Positions 55,141-64,000 of a stretch of 64,000 bases of DNA are shown here, piece by piece. Below the pieces are notes generated by a model. That model did not search any database. It was not told where the DNA came from and was given only the letters and a program-made list of their open reading frames with translations. Where the stretch lies: positions 132,975 to 196,974 of the forward strand of contig CAVWOZ010000015.1 in NCBI GenBank assembly GCA_963756595.1, in the 5' to 3' direction. The DNA is from an uncultured Acidobacteriota bacterium. GTDB lineage: Bacteria > Acidobacteriota > Thermoanaerobaculia > Multivoradales > UBA5704. A program made the translations under genes and the position numbers. Positions within the stretch are counted from its first letter, which is position 1. Each line of letters opens with the position of its first letter.

Positions 55141-55905
55141 TCACAACCCCCCGCGCAAGATCTCGAAGTACCGCGGGCTCCCGGAGATGGAGTTGTGCCC
55201 GACGCCCGGCAGGACCTTGAGATAGGCGATGCCGGGATTGAACCTCGTCGCCAGCCGCCGGGTGCTGGCGGCGGGGATGACCTCGTCCTGCTCCGCCATC
55301 AGGATCAGCGTCGGCACCCGGATGGCCGGCGCGTAGCGCCAGGACTCGAACCTGTCGCGCAGGATCCAGGAGACCGGGACGTAGGGGAACTGCCCGGCCG
55401 CCAGCTCCTCCAGGCTGTCGTAGGGGGTCACCAGGACGAGGCGCGCGACCGGACGGCGGCTGGCGAGGCGGATGGCGACGCCGCTCCCCAGGCTGCGGCC
55501 GAGGACGGCGATCTCCCGATGCGTTTTGTGGACGAGGTCGAAGAGGGCCTCGGCGTCGCTCTGCAGCGCCTCCTCCGTGGGCTTCCCGGAGCTGCCGCCG
55601 TACCCCCGATAGTGCATCAGGTAGAGGGCGCGGTCGGGAAATTCCTGCGCGAACGCCGGCAGGCTCTGCGCCACGTCCTCGGCGTTGCCGCCGAAATAGA
55701 GCAGCGCCCTGGGGCCGTCGTGCGGCCGCACCGACACCGCCAAGCTCGCCCCGGGGACCTGGAGGCTCAGCGTGTCCGCCGGGTCCTGCAGGTCGCTCCC
55801 GGCCTGGGGGAAATAGATCAGCGAGCGCTGGAACAGCGCCAGGCCGACGCAGAGCGCCAGGTAGAGCAGCAGGAAGATCGCCAGCAGCCAGAGGACGGCC
55901 TTCAC
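55141..55905 (-). CDS. Alpha/beta-fold hydrolase with N-terminal membrane anchor
   Basis: 'VLWLLAIFLLLYLALCVGLALF', nucleophile elbow 'VLGRSLGSGVA', 'GVGHNS'. GTG 55905 overlaps the upstream stop (GTGA). The longer track ORF extension was rejected. Confidence 0.8.
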   Translation of the reverse strand: MKAVLWLLAIFLLLYLALCVGLALFQRSLIYFPQAGSDLQDPADTLSLQVPGASLAVSVRPHDGPRALLYFGGNAEDVAQSLPAFAQEFPDRALYLMHYRGYGGSSGKPTEEALQSDAEALFDLVHKTHREIAVLGRSLGSGVAIRLASRRPVARLVLVTPYDSLEELAAGQFPYVPVSWILRDRFESWRYAPAIRVPTLILMAEQDEVIPAASTRRLATRFNPGIAYLKVLPGVGHNSISGSPRYFEILRGGL

Positions 55906-56393
55906 GATCCGACCGCCGCCGAGACCGCGGCGTTCGCCGCGCTGTGCTTCTGACGTTTCCACATCAGCAGGACCAGCCAGAAGAGGAACGCCTGCTCGGG
56001 CACCGGCCAGACGGCCGGCAGGTCGATCACGGCGCGCCGCGAGAACAGGCTCAGCCGGGAGACGCTCCCTACCACGCGGTCCGACTGACGGACCTCGTAG
56101 GTCTTGCCGAGGAGGGAGGCGCACTTCAAAAAGTAGCTCCGCCCGTCGAGCTCGAAGTCGAACTGCGACCGGAAGGCGCTCAGCTTGGTGGCCTTGAGCA
56201 GGGGGCGCCCGTCCTTCTCGAGGACGAAGTCGCCGCTGAACAGCCCCTCCCGGAAGAGCCGGTAGGGCGCGCCCTCGACGGTGAGCGCCGCGGCTTCCTT
56301 GAATCGCGAGGCGTCGAGCTCGGCGATCGTCTGCCCCGCGGCGACGAGGCTGTAGTGGCGGGAGAAGAAATTGCGCGGCCGGGCTTCGATCAT
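55902..56393 (-). CDS. Hypothetical protein with C-terminal TM segment
   Basis: The ORF has normal composition and is translationally coupled to the hydrolase gene. I recognised no family. Confidence 0.45.
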   Translation of the reverse strand: MIEARPRNFFSRHYSLVAAGQTIAELDASRFKEAAALTVEGAPYRLFREGLFSGDFVLEKDGRPLLKATKLSAFRSQFDFELDGRSYFLKCASLLGKTYEVRQSDRVVGSVSRLSLFSRRAVIDLPAVWPVPEQAFLFWLVLLMWKRQKHSAANAAVSAAVGS

Positions 56394-56414
56394 AGGAGTC
56401 CTCCTGCGCCTCGT

Positions 56415-56927
56415 TCAGGGGCGTGAGTCGGCGAGCACGGCCCAGCGCTCGTGGTCGCGCCAGCGTCCGCCGATCTTGAGGTAGCGCGGCGAGTACCCTT
56501 CGCGCGCGAAGCCGCAGGACCTGACCAGGGCGATCGAGGCCAGATTGCCGGGTTGGATGTTGGCCTCGAGGCGATGCAGCTTCAGCGACCGGAACGCGTG
56601 GCGGACGACAGCGTTCAATCCTTCGCGCAGGAAACCCTGGCGCTCATGGCCGGCGAAGGCGTAATAGCCAAGATAGCCGCTGCGGAAGAAGCCGAGGACG
56701 ATGTTGCTGAGATTGATCACGCCGGCGATCTCATCGCTGTCGCGCCGGCAGACGAGAAAAGGGGCGCTCGCGGGCTGGCCCATCCGTTCGAGGTAGGCCC
56801 GGAACTGCGCGGGCGTGGCGGGAGCCGTGATCCAGGGGCGGTGCAGCGACCGGCTCCTTCGCGCCGCCGCCAGGATCTCGTCCTGGTCGGAGACTTCCGG
56901 GGGCCGAAGGTAGATCCTTGCGCTCAT
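56415..56927 (-). CDS. GNAT-family N-acetyltransferase (RimJ-like)
   Basis: 'IYLRPPEVSDQDEIL', 'GYYAFAGHERQGFLREGLNAVVRHAF', 'LHRLEANIQPGNLASIALVRSCGF'. Confidence 0.85.
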   Translation of the reverse strand: MSARIYLRPPEVSDQDEILAAARRSRSLHRPWITAPATPAQFRAYLERMGQPASAPFLVCRRDSDEIAGVINLSNIVLGFFRSGYLGYYAFAGHERQGFLREGLNAVVRHAFRSLKLHRLEANIQPGNLASIALVRSCGFAREGYSPRYLKIGGRWRDHERWAVLADSRP

Positions 56928-57039
56928 CGCAACCGCCGCAGCAGCGTCTCGGCTCAGCCTAAGCGATCCACAGATCCTGCGTCAACGAACGCATCCCTCT
57001 CATTTGACCGATTCCGTAGCACGTGGGAGTATTTAAGTT

Positions 57040-57606
57040 ATGGAAGGAAATCCTCACAGCGTCCTCTGGCGTCGGATCGACCAGCCGGGGCACGAAGGCT
57101 GTCGGCTGATCCCGCGCAACGGCGGCTGGCAGTTCTCGGGAAGCGCGGTCTTCTCCTACCGGGGAGAGGCCTGCCGGCTCGCTTATACGATCCACTGCAA
57201 CGCCGAGTGGCGCACTCTCTCAGCGGCGGTTTCAGGGTGGGTCGGAGAGCGGGACCTCCACGTCGAGGTGTCCCGCGACGAAACCGGAATCTGGCAGCTC
57301 AACGGCGCCGAGATCCCCGCCGTGGCGGGGTTCCTCGACATCGACCTCAACTTCAGCCCCTCCACCAACTCACTGCCGATCCGCCGGCTCGATCTCGAGA
57401 TCGGGGAGTCGGCGACCGTGCAGGCGGCCTGGCTCCGCTTCCCCAGCTTCGCCCTCGAGCCGCTCGAGCAGTCGTACACCCGCCTCGCCGCGGACCGCTA
57501 CCGCTACGAGAGCGCCGGCGGCCGGTTCGTGGCGGAGGTCACGGTCGACGGCCTCGGGCTGGTCCTCGACTACGGCGAGATCTGGCGGCGCGAACGGCCG
57601 GTCTGA
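57040..57606 (+). CDS. Putative glycolipid-binding domain protein (COG3554/DUF1089-like, tentative)
   Basis: Recollected family features: 'LDIDLNFSPSTNSLPIRRL', 'QSYTRL', 'VTVDGLGLVLDYGEIW'. Confidence 0.5.
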   Translation: MEGNPHSVLWRRIDQPGHEGCRLIPRNGGWQFSGSAVFSYRGEACRLAYTIHCNAEWRTLSAAVSGWVGERDLHVEVSRDETGIWQLNGAEIPAVAGFLDIDLNFSPSTNSLPIRRLDLEIGESATVQAAWLRFPSFALEPLEQSYTRLAADRYRYESAGGRFVAEVTVDGLGLVLDYGEIWRRERPV

Positions 57607-57650
57607 CGATAGACTCCGGCACCGCAGGATTTCGATCCCGAGGAGGTGCC

Positions 57651-59348
57651 GTGAAGAGACAGGACGACGATCCCGCCGCGGGAGCCTGGACGCGCCGCGA
57701 TCTGGTGAAGGCGAGCCTCGCCGGCGGCGCGATCGCGGCCGTGTCGGCGGCGGCCTCTCCCCTGCTGGGGCAAAGCCCCGCAACGCCCGCCGCCGCCACT
57801 CCGCCGCCCCCCTTCGAGCTGGCGGAGAGGACGATCGCCGAGCTTCAGGCGGACCTGCGGTCGGGGAAGGAGACGGCGCGCTCGCTGACCGAGAAGTACC
57901 TGGCGCGAATCGCGGCGACGAACACCGAGGGGCCCGAGCTGCGGGCGGTGATCGAGGTCAATCCGGAGGCGCTGGCGATCGCCGACCTCCTGGACGCCGA
58001 GCGGCGCGCCGCTCCCGAGGCGAAGCGCGGCGCGCTCCACGGCATCCCCATCCTGCTCAAGGACAACGTCGGCACCGCCGACCGGATGATGACCACGGCC
58101 GGCTCGCTGGCGCTCGAGGGGTCGATCCCTCCCCGCGACGCCTTCGTGGCGGAGCGGCTGCGGGCGGCGGGGGCGATCCTGCTCGGCAAGGCGAACCTCT
58201 CCGAGTGGGCGAACTTCCGCTCCTCGCGCTCCTCGAGCGGCTGGAGCAGCCGCGGCGGGCAATGCCGGAACCCCTACGCGCTCGACCGCAACGCCTCGGG
58301 CTCCAGCTCGGGCTCGGCCGCCGCGGTGGCGGCGAGCCTCTGCGCCGCGGCGGTCGGCTCGGAGACCGACGGCTCGATCGTCTCGCCGTCGTCGATCTGC
58401 GGCATCGTGGGGATCAAGCCGACCGTCGGACTGCTCAGCCGCGCGGGGTTCATCCCCATCTCGCACACCCAGGACACCGCCGGCCCGATGGCCCGCACCG
58501 TCGCCGACGCCGCGCTCCTGCTCGGCGCGATGACCGGCGTCGACGAGCGCGACGAGGCGACCCGCGCCAGCCGCGGCAAGGCGCTCGCCGACTACACCCC
58601 GTATCTCGATCCCCGCGGTTTGAAAGGGGCGCGGATCGGCGTCTATCTCCCCCGCTCGCTGGCCAAGAACCCGTGGACCAACCCGGTCCTCGCGGAGGCG
58701 GTGGCGGCGATGCGCGCGGCGGGAGCCACCGTCGTCGAGGGGGTCCGCATGCCGTCCGAGGGGAAGGCCGGGACCAGCGAGTTCCAGGTCCTGCTCTACG
58801 AGTTCAAGGCGGACCTCGACCGCTACCTCGCGGAGCTGGGGCCTGAGGCGCCGGTCCATAGCCTGAAGGAGGCGATCGCCTTCAACGAGGCGCACAAGGA
58901 GCGCGTGATGCCCTGGTTCGGCCAGGAGATCTTCCTCGAGGCCGAGGCCAAGGGACCGCTCACCGAGCCCGCCTACCAGAAGGCGCTCGCGGCCTGCCGC
59001 AAGACCTCGCGCGAGCAGGGGATCGACGCCATGCTGGCCGCCCACAAGCTCGACGCCGTGGTGGCTCCGACCGGCGGCCCGGCCTGGCTGATCGACCTCG
59101 TGAACGGCGATTCCGAGACCGGCGGCAGCTCGTCCCCCGCCGCGGTGGCGGGCTACCCCAGCATCACCGTGCCGGCCGGCTTCGCCTGCGGGCTGCCGAT
59201 CGGCATCTCCTTCTTCGGGCGCGCCTGGAGCGAGCCGCAACTGATCAAGCTCGCCTACGCCTTCGAGAGGGCGACGAGGGCCCGCAAGCCGCCCCGCTTC
59301 CGGGCGTCGGCGGAGGTGGGGCTCGCGCCGGTCTCGGGGTCCAGATGA
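57651..59348 (+). CDS. Secreted amidase (amidase-signature family) with twin-arginine-type signal
   Basis: GTG 57651 follows AGGAGG. 'TRRDLVKASLAGGAIAAVSAAA'. Signature 'GIPILLKDN', 'GSSSGSAAAVAASLCAAAVGSETDGSIVSPS'. Confidence 0.88.
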   Translation: MKRQDDDPAAGAWTRRDLVKASLAGGAIAAVSAAASPLLGQSPATPAAATPPPPFELAERTIAELQADLRSGKETARSLTEKYLARIAATNTEGPELRAVIEVNPEALAIADLLDAERRAAPEAKRGALHGIPILLKDNVGTADRMMTTAGSLALEGSIPPRDAFVAERLRAAGAILLGKANLSEWANFRSSRSSSGWSSRGGQCRNPYALDRNASGSSSGSAAAVAASLCAAAVGSETDGSIVSPSSICGIVGIKPTVGLLSRAGFIPISHTQDTAGPMARTVADAALLLGAMTGVDERDEATRASRGKALADYTPYLDPRGLKGARIGVYLPRSLAKNPWTNPVLAEAVAAMRAAGATVVEGVRMPSEGKAGTSEFQVLLYEFKADLDRYLAELGPEAPVHSLKEAIAFNEAHKERVMPWFGQEIFLEAEAKGPLTEPAYQKALAACRKTSREQGIDAMLAAHKLDAVVAPTGGPAWLIDLVNGDSETGGSSSPAAVAGYPSITVPAGFACGLPIGISFFGRAWSEPQLIKLAYAFERATRARKPPRFRASAEVGLAPVSGSR

Positions 59349-60805
59349 AACGAATCCTCGTCGTTCTCGCCTCCCTGCTGGTCCTGGTCCTCGCCATCTG
59401 CCTGCTGCGGATGATCCTCCTGAAGACCCACCAGGTGCAGCGGGTGGAGCCGGTCACGGACCTCAAGATCGACGCGCGGGTGGCGGCGGAGCGCCTCGCC
59501 GGCGCGTTGCGCTTCCCCACCATCTCGCACGAGAACGGCGCGGACATGGACGCGGCGGCGTTCGCGGGGCTGCACCGCTACCTCGAGCAGACTTTCCCGA
59601 AGGTGCATGCGACGCTCGCGCGCGAAACGCTGGGCGGATCCAGCCTGCTCTACACCTGGAAGGGGAAGCAGCCGGGGTTGCCGCCGATCCTGCTGCTTGC
59701 CCATCAGGACGTGGTACCGGTCGAGCCGGGGACGGAGGGGTCGTGGACCCATCCCGCCTTTTCGGGTTTCGTCGACGGCGAATGGGTCTGGGGGCGCGGA
59801 GCGCTCGACGACAAGGTTGGGATGATGGGGCTCCTCGAAGCGGTGGAGACGCTGCTCGCCGCGGGCTTCCAGCCGGACCGCACCGTCTACTTCGCCTTCG
59901 GCCACGACGAGGAGGTGGGCGGCCACGGCGCGGCGGCGATCGCGGCGCTGCTCAAAGCCCGCGGGGTGCATCCGGCGTTCCTCCTCGACGAGGGGGGGGC
60001 GATCCTGGAGGGGGCCATCCCGGGGATCGCTCACCCGGCGGCGATGATCGGCACCGCGGAGAAGGGGGCGCTGAGCGTCGAGCTGATCGCCGAGAGCCCG
60101 GGGGGGCACTCGTCGATGCCGCTCCGCCACGGCGCCATCGGCAAGCTGGCGGCGGCGATCACGAAGCTCGAGGAGCACCCGATGCCAGCCCATCTCGAAG
60201 GGGCCACCCGGCGCTCCTACCAATACCTGGCCTCCGAGCTCCCCTTCGGCCAGCGCTTCCTGCTCGCCAACCTCTGGCTGTTCAGCCCGCTGATCGAGGC
60301 GCAGGCCGACGCCGACCCGGCGACCGCCGCCCGCCTGCGCACCACGACGGCGCCGACGATCTTCCAAGCCGGTGTCAAGGAGAACGTCCTCCCCCACCAG
60401 GCGCGCGCGGTGGTGAACTTCCGCATCCTCCCCGGGGACTCCGTCGCCGGGGTGCTCCACCACGTCCGCGCGACGGTCGGCCCCGGCATCCGGGTCCAGG
60501 CCACCGGGACGCTGAACGGCGAGGCATCTCCCGAGTCGGACGTCCGCGCTCCGGAGTTCGGCGTGCTCCAGCGCACCCTCGCCCAGATCCTCCCGGAAGC
60601 GATCGTCGCCCCCAACCTCCTCGCCGGCGCCACGGACTCGCGGCACTACCGGGATCTCACCCCGAACGTCTACCGCTTCGTGCCGATGCGGCTGAAGCCG
60701 GCCGATCTCGCCCGCCTGCACGGGCGCGACGAGCGGGTAGGGGTCAAGAACTATGGGGAGATCGTGCGCTTCTACGCGCAGTTGCTGCGGAACGGGGCCG
60801 TCTGA
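59345..60805 (+). CDS. M20-family metallopeptidase with N-terminal membrane anchor
   Basis: 'LLLAHQDVVPV', 'GRGALDDKVGMM', 'FAFGHDEEVGGHGAAA'. The ATG overlaps the amidase stop (ATGA). Confidence 0.85.
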   Translation: MKRILVVLASLLVLVLAICLLRMILLKTHQVQRVEPVTDLKIDARVAAERLAGALRFPTISHENGADMDAAAFAGLHRYLEQTFPKVHATLARETLGGSSLLYTWKGKQPGLPPILLLAHQDVVPVEPGTEGSWTHPAFSGFVDGEWVWGRGALDDKVGMMGLLEAVETLLAAGFQPDRTVYFAFGHDEEVGGHGAAAIAALLKARGVHPAFLLDEGGAILEGAIPGIAHPAAMIGTAEKGALSVELIAESPGGHSSMPLRHGAIGKLAAAITKLEEHPMPAHLEGATRRSYQYLASELPFGQRFLLANLWLFSPLIEAQADADPATAARLRTTTAPTIFQAGVKENVLPHQARAVVNFRILPGDSVAGVLHHVRATVGPGIRVQATGTLNGEASPESDVRAPEFGVLQRTLAQILPEAIVAPNLLAGATDSRHYRDLTPNVYRFVPMRLKPADLARLHGRDERVGVKNYGEIVRFYAQLLRNGAV

Positions 60806-60821
60806 ACGGGGCAGGGTCGGG

Positions 60822-61271
60822 CTAGAACTTGAACAGCGCGTCGAAGGCCGATCGCGCATCCCCCGGCGACCCCTTGTTGGAGTCCTGGCCGAACTCCTGG
60901 GCCACCTTGGGGGTGAAGAGGGGGCACTCGTTCCTGTCCCGCTTCTTGGCGATCCGCGCCGGGATCTCCGCGTTCTTCCGGCACTCCCAATGGACCGAGG
61001 TGTCGAAATTCACGCAGTTCGAGCAGGTGTGGAGATCGGCGCCGCACTTGTGGCAGGTCGCGTCGAAGGCGAGCGGCTCCTCGCCGAGGATCACCGGCCG
61101 CTTCTCGCCGCAAGCCGAGCACCGGAACACCGACTCCGTCGGCGCCCCCAGCCCCCGGCCGCGCGGCCCTTCCTTCTTCTCCCGCGGCCCCTGCAACCCC
61201 GGACGGGGCTTCTCGTCCCGGCGCTCCGAATCCTTGTAGCCCCGCTGGCGGTACTTTGTGTCGTCGGCCAT
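60822..61271 (-). CDS. Basic N-terminal / Cys-rich zinc-ribbon-like hypothetical protein
   Basis: 'FRCSACGEKR...ATCHKCGADLHTCSNCVNFD...WECRKN...ECPLF'. ATG at 61271. Confidence 0.55.
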   Translation of the reverse strand: MADDTKYRQRGYKDSERRDEKPRPGLQGPREKKEGPRGRGLGAPTESVFRCSACGEKRPVILGEEPLAFDATCHKCGADLHTCSNCVNFDTSVHWECRKNAEIPARIAKKRDRNECPLFTPKVAQEFGQDSNKGSPGDARSAFDALFKF

Positions 61272-61297
61272 GCTCGAATCTGTCTCCTGAAATCCGC

Positions 61298-61561
61298 TCA
61301 GCGGTAGTGGTACTTGCAAGCCACGATCGTCACGGCATCCTGCTCCACCTTGTAGACCAAACGGTGCTGGGCATCGATGCGGCGCGACCAGTAACCCTTC
61401 AACTCGTGACGCAAGGGCTCGGGCTTGCCCAAACCCGAAAAGGGTTCTCTCAGGGTGTCCAGGATAAGGGCGACGATCCTGCGGTGAATGTTCTTGTCGG
61501 TTGTCGCCCAAGCCGAAAAATCTTCAAAAGCGTCCCGTTCGAAGACGATCTTCCTGCTCAT
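61298..61561 (-). CDS. yoeB: YoeB/Txe-family toxin
   Basis: 'FERDAFEDFSAW..DKNIHRRIVALILDTLREPFSGLGKPEPLRHELKGYWSRRIDAQHRLVYKV...VTIVACKYHY'. Confidence 0.9.
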   Translation of the reverse strand: MSRKIVFERDAFEDFSAWATTDKNIHRRIVALILDTLREPFSGLGKPEPLRHELKGYWSRRIDAQHRLVYKVEQDAVTIVACKYHYR

Positions 61562-61797
61562 GAAAGGTCGTCGAGGTCCAGAACCTCGAGATTCCGCCCT
61601 TGAGCCACGTTCTCGATCGCCTTCAACAGCCGGTCGCGGTTGGCTGGAGAGCGCAGCAGATAGGCCGTCTCGTCCTCCGCGACATCCGCCGCTTCCGAGA
61701 CCACGATCTCGATCTCGCGATCCTGAAACTGACTCTTGAGGCTGTCGAGGAACCGCTGATCGAGCTCGTCCGCGTGGAGCTTGTAAATCGTGTACAT
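61558..61797 (-). CDS. Antitoxin with a YefM-like C-terminal toxin-binding segment and a non-canonical N-terminus
   Basis: From ATG 61797: 'MYTIYKLHADELDQRFLDSLKSQFQDREIEIVVSEAADVAEDETAYLLRSPANRDRLLKAIENVAQGRNLEV'. 'ETAYLLRSPANRDRL' matches the YefM C-terminal region. The stop overlaps the yoeB ATG (ATGA). Confidence 0.7.
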   Translation of the reverse strand: MYTIYKLHADELDQRFLDSLKSQFQDREIEIVVSEAADVAEDETAYLLRSPANRDRLLKAIENVAQGRNLEVLDLDDLS

Positions 61798-61828
61798 CTC
61801 TGTGCCCTCTTCCGATGATGAAACTGAC

Positions 61829-61854
61829 AGGCGCCGGCCCATCCGCCGGCGCCT
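61829..61854 (-). terminator. GC-rich hairpin after coxL
   Basis: AGGCGCCGGC-6 nt-GCCGGCGCCT, with a weak T-tract on the minus strand (GTCAGTTTC). Confidence 0.4.
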
Positions 61855-61865
61855 CCCAGACAACT

Positions 61866-64000
61866 CTACAGCGCCACGCCCTTCTCCCGCAAAACGTTCC
61901 ACACCCGCTCCGGCGTCATCGGGATCTCCATGTGCTGGACGCCGAGGTGGGAGAGGGCGTCGACGACGGCGTTGACGATCGCCGGCGGGGCTCCGACGGT
62001 GGCCGATTCGCCGACCCCTTTGGCTCCGAAGGGGTGGTGCGGGCAGGGGGTGACCGTCTTGTCGGTCTCCCAGCTCGGCGTCTCCATCGAGGTGGGGACG
62101 AGGTAGTCCATGAAGCTGCCGCCCGAGATGTTGCCGCTCTCGTCGTAGCTGATCTCCTCGAAGAGGGCGGGGGCGAGCCCCATGCTCAAGCCGCCGTGGA
62201 TCTGGCCGTCGACGATCATCGGATTGATGATGTTGCCGCAGTCGTCGACCGCCAGGAAGCGGCGCACCTTGACCTCGCCGGTGCCGCGGTCGATGTCCAC
62301 GATGCAGATGTAGCTGCCGAAGGGGAAGGTGAGGTTCGGCGGATCGTAGTAGTCGACCGCCTCGAGCCCGGCCTCCATCCCCGGCGGGTGGTTGGTGTAG
62401 GCGGCGAAGGCGATCTCCTGGATCGTCTTCGCCTTCTGCGGCGCCCCCTTGACGAAGAACTTGCCGGGCTCCCACTCGAGGTCCGCCTCGTCGGCTTCGA
62501 GGAGGTAGGCGGCGATCTTCTTCGCCTTGGCGCGGATCTTCCGGGCAGCCACCGCCGCCGCCGCGCCGGAGGTCGGCGTCGAGCGGCTGGCGTAGGTGCC
62601 GAGGCCGTAGGGGGCGGTGTCGGTGTCCCCCTCCTCCACCTGGACGTGCGCCGCCGGGATGCCGAGCTCCTCGGCGACGATCTGGGCGTAGGTCGTCTCG
62701 TGCCCCTGCCCCTGCGACTTGGTGCCGAAGCGGGCGATCGCCTTCCCCGTCGGGTGGATGCGGATCTCCGCCGAGTCGAACATCTTGATCCCCAGGATGT
62801 CGAAGTCCTTCGACGGCCCGGCGCCGACGATCTCGGTGAACGAGCAGATGCCGATCCCCATCAGCTCCCCCTTGGCGCGCTTCTCCGCCTGCTCGCGGCG
62901 GAGGCCGGCATAGTCGACCCCGGCCATAGCCTTCTCGAGCGCGGCTTTGTAGTTGCCGCTGTCGTACTCCCAGCCGAGCGCCGACTTGTAGGGGAACTGG
63001 TCGGGGCGGATGAAGTTCTTGAAGCGCAGCTCCGCCGGGTCCATCTTCAGCTCCTGGGCCAGGCGGTCGGTGACCCGCTCGATCGCGTGCACCGCCTCGG
63101 TGACGCGGAACGAGCAGCGGTAGGCGACGCCGCCGGGGGGCTTGTTGGTGTAGACGGCGTCCATCTCGGTGAAGGCGTGCTTGATGTCGTAGGAGCCGGT
63201 GCAGATCGAGAACAGGCCGGCCGGGTACTTCGAAGGGTTGGCGGCGGCGTCGGTGTAGCCGTGGTCGGCGAGCGTCGTGATGCGCAGGGCGGTCATCGTG
63301 CCGTCTTTCTTCGCGGCCAGCTCGGCGGTCATGTGGTAGTCGCGGGCGAAGGAGTCGGCCTGCAGGTTCTCCATGCGGTCCTCGACCCACTTGACCGGCT
63401 TGCCGATCACCACCGAGGCGGCGGTCGCGATCACGTAGCCGGGATAGACCGGCACCTTGCCGCCGAAGCCGCCGCCGATGTCGGGGGAGATGATGCGGAT
63501 CTTCTCCTCCGAGAGGCCGACGTGGCCGGCCACCAGGGCGAAGACGGTGCGGATGGCGTGCGGCGCCTGGGTGGTCATGTAGACGGTGAGATGCCCCATC
63601 CCCTTGTTGAAGTCGGCCACGCAGCCGCAGGTCTCGATCGAGGCGACGTGGATGCGGGGGATGTAGATCTCCTGCTTCACCGTCACGTCCGCCTCGGCGA
63701 AGGCGCGCTCGGTCCCCGCGCGGTCGCCGGTCTCCCAGTGCCAGATGTGGTTGTCGGTCTTCCCTTCCTTGTCGGTGCGCAGCACCGGGGCGCCGGGGTC
63801 CATCGCCTTCTTGGGATCGATCACCACCGGCAGCGGCTCGTACTCGACCTCCACCGCCTCGACGCCGTCGGCGGCGATGTAGCGGTCGGTGGCAATCACC
63901 GCCGCCACCTCCTGGGCCTGGTACATCACCTTGTCGACGGGGAGCACCATCTGGGTGTCCGACATCAGGGTGGGCATCCAGTGCAGGTTGAACCCCTTCA
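61866..64000 (-). CDS. coxL: Molybdopterin-binding large subunit of aerobic CO dehydrogenase / xanthine-dehydrogenase family, N-terminally truncated by the window edge
   Basis: Contains 'GGVAYRCSFRVTEAV', i.e. the AYXCSFR active-site loop that I recall as diagnostic of form I CoxL. Also 'GGGFGGK' and 'GVGESATVGAPPAIVNAV'. The frame stays open to nt 64000. Confidence 0.85.
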   Translation of the reverse strand, partial: KGFNLHWMPTLMSDTQMVLPVDKVMYQAQEVAAVIATDRYIAADGVEAVEVEYEPLPVVIDPKKAMDPGAPVLRTDKEGKTDNHIWHWETGDRAGTERAFAEADVTVKQEIYIPRIHVASIETCGCVADFNKGMGHLTVYMTTQAPHAIRTVFALVAGHVGLSEEKIRIISPDIGGGFGGKVPVYPGYVIATAASVVIGKPVKWVEDRMENLQADSFARDYHMTAELAAKKDGTMTALRITTLADHGYTDAAANPSKYPAGLFSICTGSYDIKHAFTEMDAVYTNKPPGGVAYRCSFRVTEAVHAIERVTDRLAQELKMDPAELRFKNFIRPDQFPYKSALGWEYDSGNYKAALEKAMAGVDYAGLRREQAEKRAKGELMGIGICSFTEIVGAGPSKDFDILGIKMFDSAEIRIHPTGKAIARFGTKSQGQGHETTYAQIVAEELGIPAAHVQVEEGDTDTAPYGLGTYASRSTPTSGAAAAVAARKIRAKAKKIAAYLLEADEADLEWEPGKFFVKGAPQKAKTIQEIAFAAYTNHPPGMEAGLEAVDYYDPPNLTFPFGSYICIVDIDRGTGEVKVRRFLAVDDCGNIINPMIVDGQIHGGLSMGLAPALFEEISYDESGNISGGSFMDYLVPTSMETPSWETDKTVTPCPHHPFGAKGVGESATVGAPPAIVNAVVDALSHLGVQHMEIPMTPERVWNVLREKGVAL

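Noticed and set aside
56451-57650. N-terminal 400 codons of track ORF 56451..59348
   Set aside because: This part overlaps the GNAT gene (opposite strand) and the 57040..57606 gene (other frame). The amidase proper starts at GTG 57651, after an AGGAGG and a Tat-like signal.

Overview
This is a 64-kb, densely coding, high-G+C bacterial chromosomal segment (roughly two-thirds G+C by eye). The gene content is that of a diderm bacterium (Lpt lipopolysaccharide-transport genes) with sigma-54 and a permease-less regulatory PTS. The phylum cannot be assigned from the sequence alone. I support about 60 CDS, mostly housekeeping:
- priA, accA, recJ
- an LptC/A-like gene followed by lptB-rpoN-ptsN-hprK-rapZ-EIIA(Man)-HPr-ptsI
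- miaB, parAB, queD, a fused lptF/G, metK, rpiB, murB, comM, secA, guaB, arfB
- a form-I-type coxL at the right edge

I recognised no rRNA, tRNA, CRISPR array, transposase or integrase. Many long ORFs in the track are antisense or out-of-frame shadows typical of high-G+C DNA, and I rejected them.

The main finding is a paralogous family of four cytoplasmic, helical-repeat (TPR-like) 'sensor' proteins wired to different outputs.
- Two carry an N-terminal zf-HC2-like anti-sigma module and sit directly behind paralogous ECF sigma genes.
- One carries an XRE helix-turn-helix.
- One has no output domain.
- Two homologous small signal-peptide proteins (shared TLSxW and IDPxGN motifs) are encoded next to these regulators, at 28.2-28.4 kb and 54.1-54.4 kb.

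The arrangement resembles receptor/propeptide (RRNPP-like) signalling cassettes, here partly coupled to ECF sigma factors. That interpretation is inference.

Other unexplained structure:
- a strictly 20-nt-phased tandem array of about 22 units at 1.9-2.4 kb
- an adjacent ~190-nt nested inverted repeat built from four GCCCCGAAGGGGC hairpin modules
- tandem Uma2 nuclease paralogs with a sharply bounded near-identical 5' block, one of them frameshifted
- an identical 18-mer palindrome in two distant intergenic regions
- a ~450-nt lower-G+C non-coding gap containing a long hairpin
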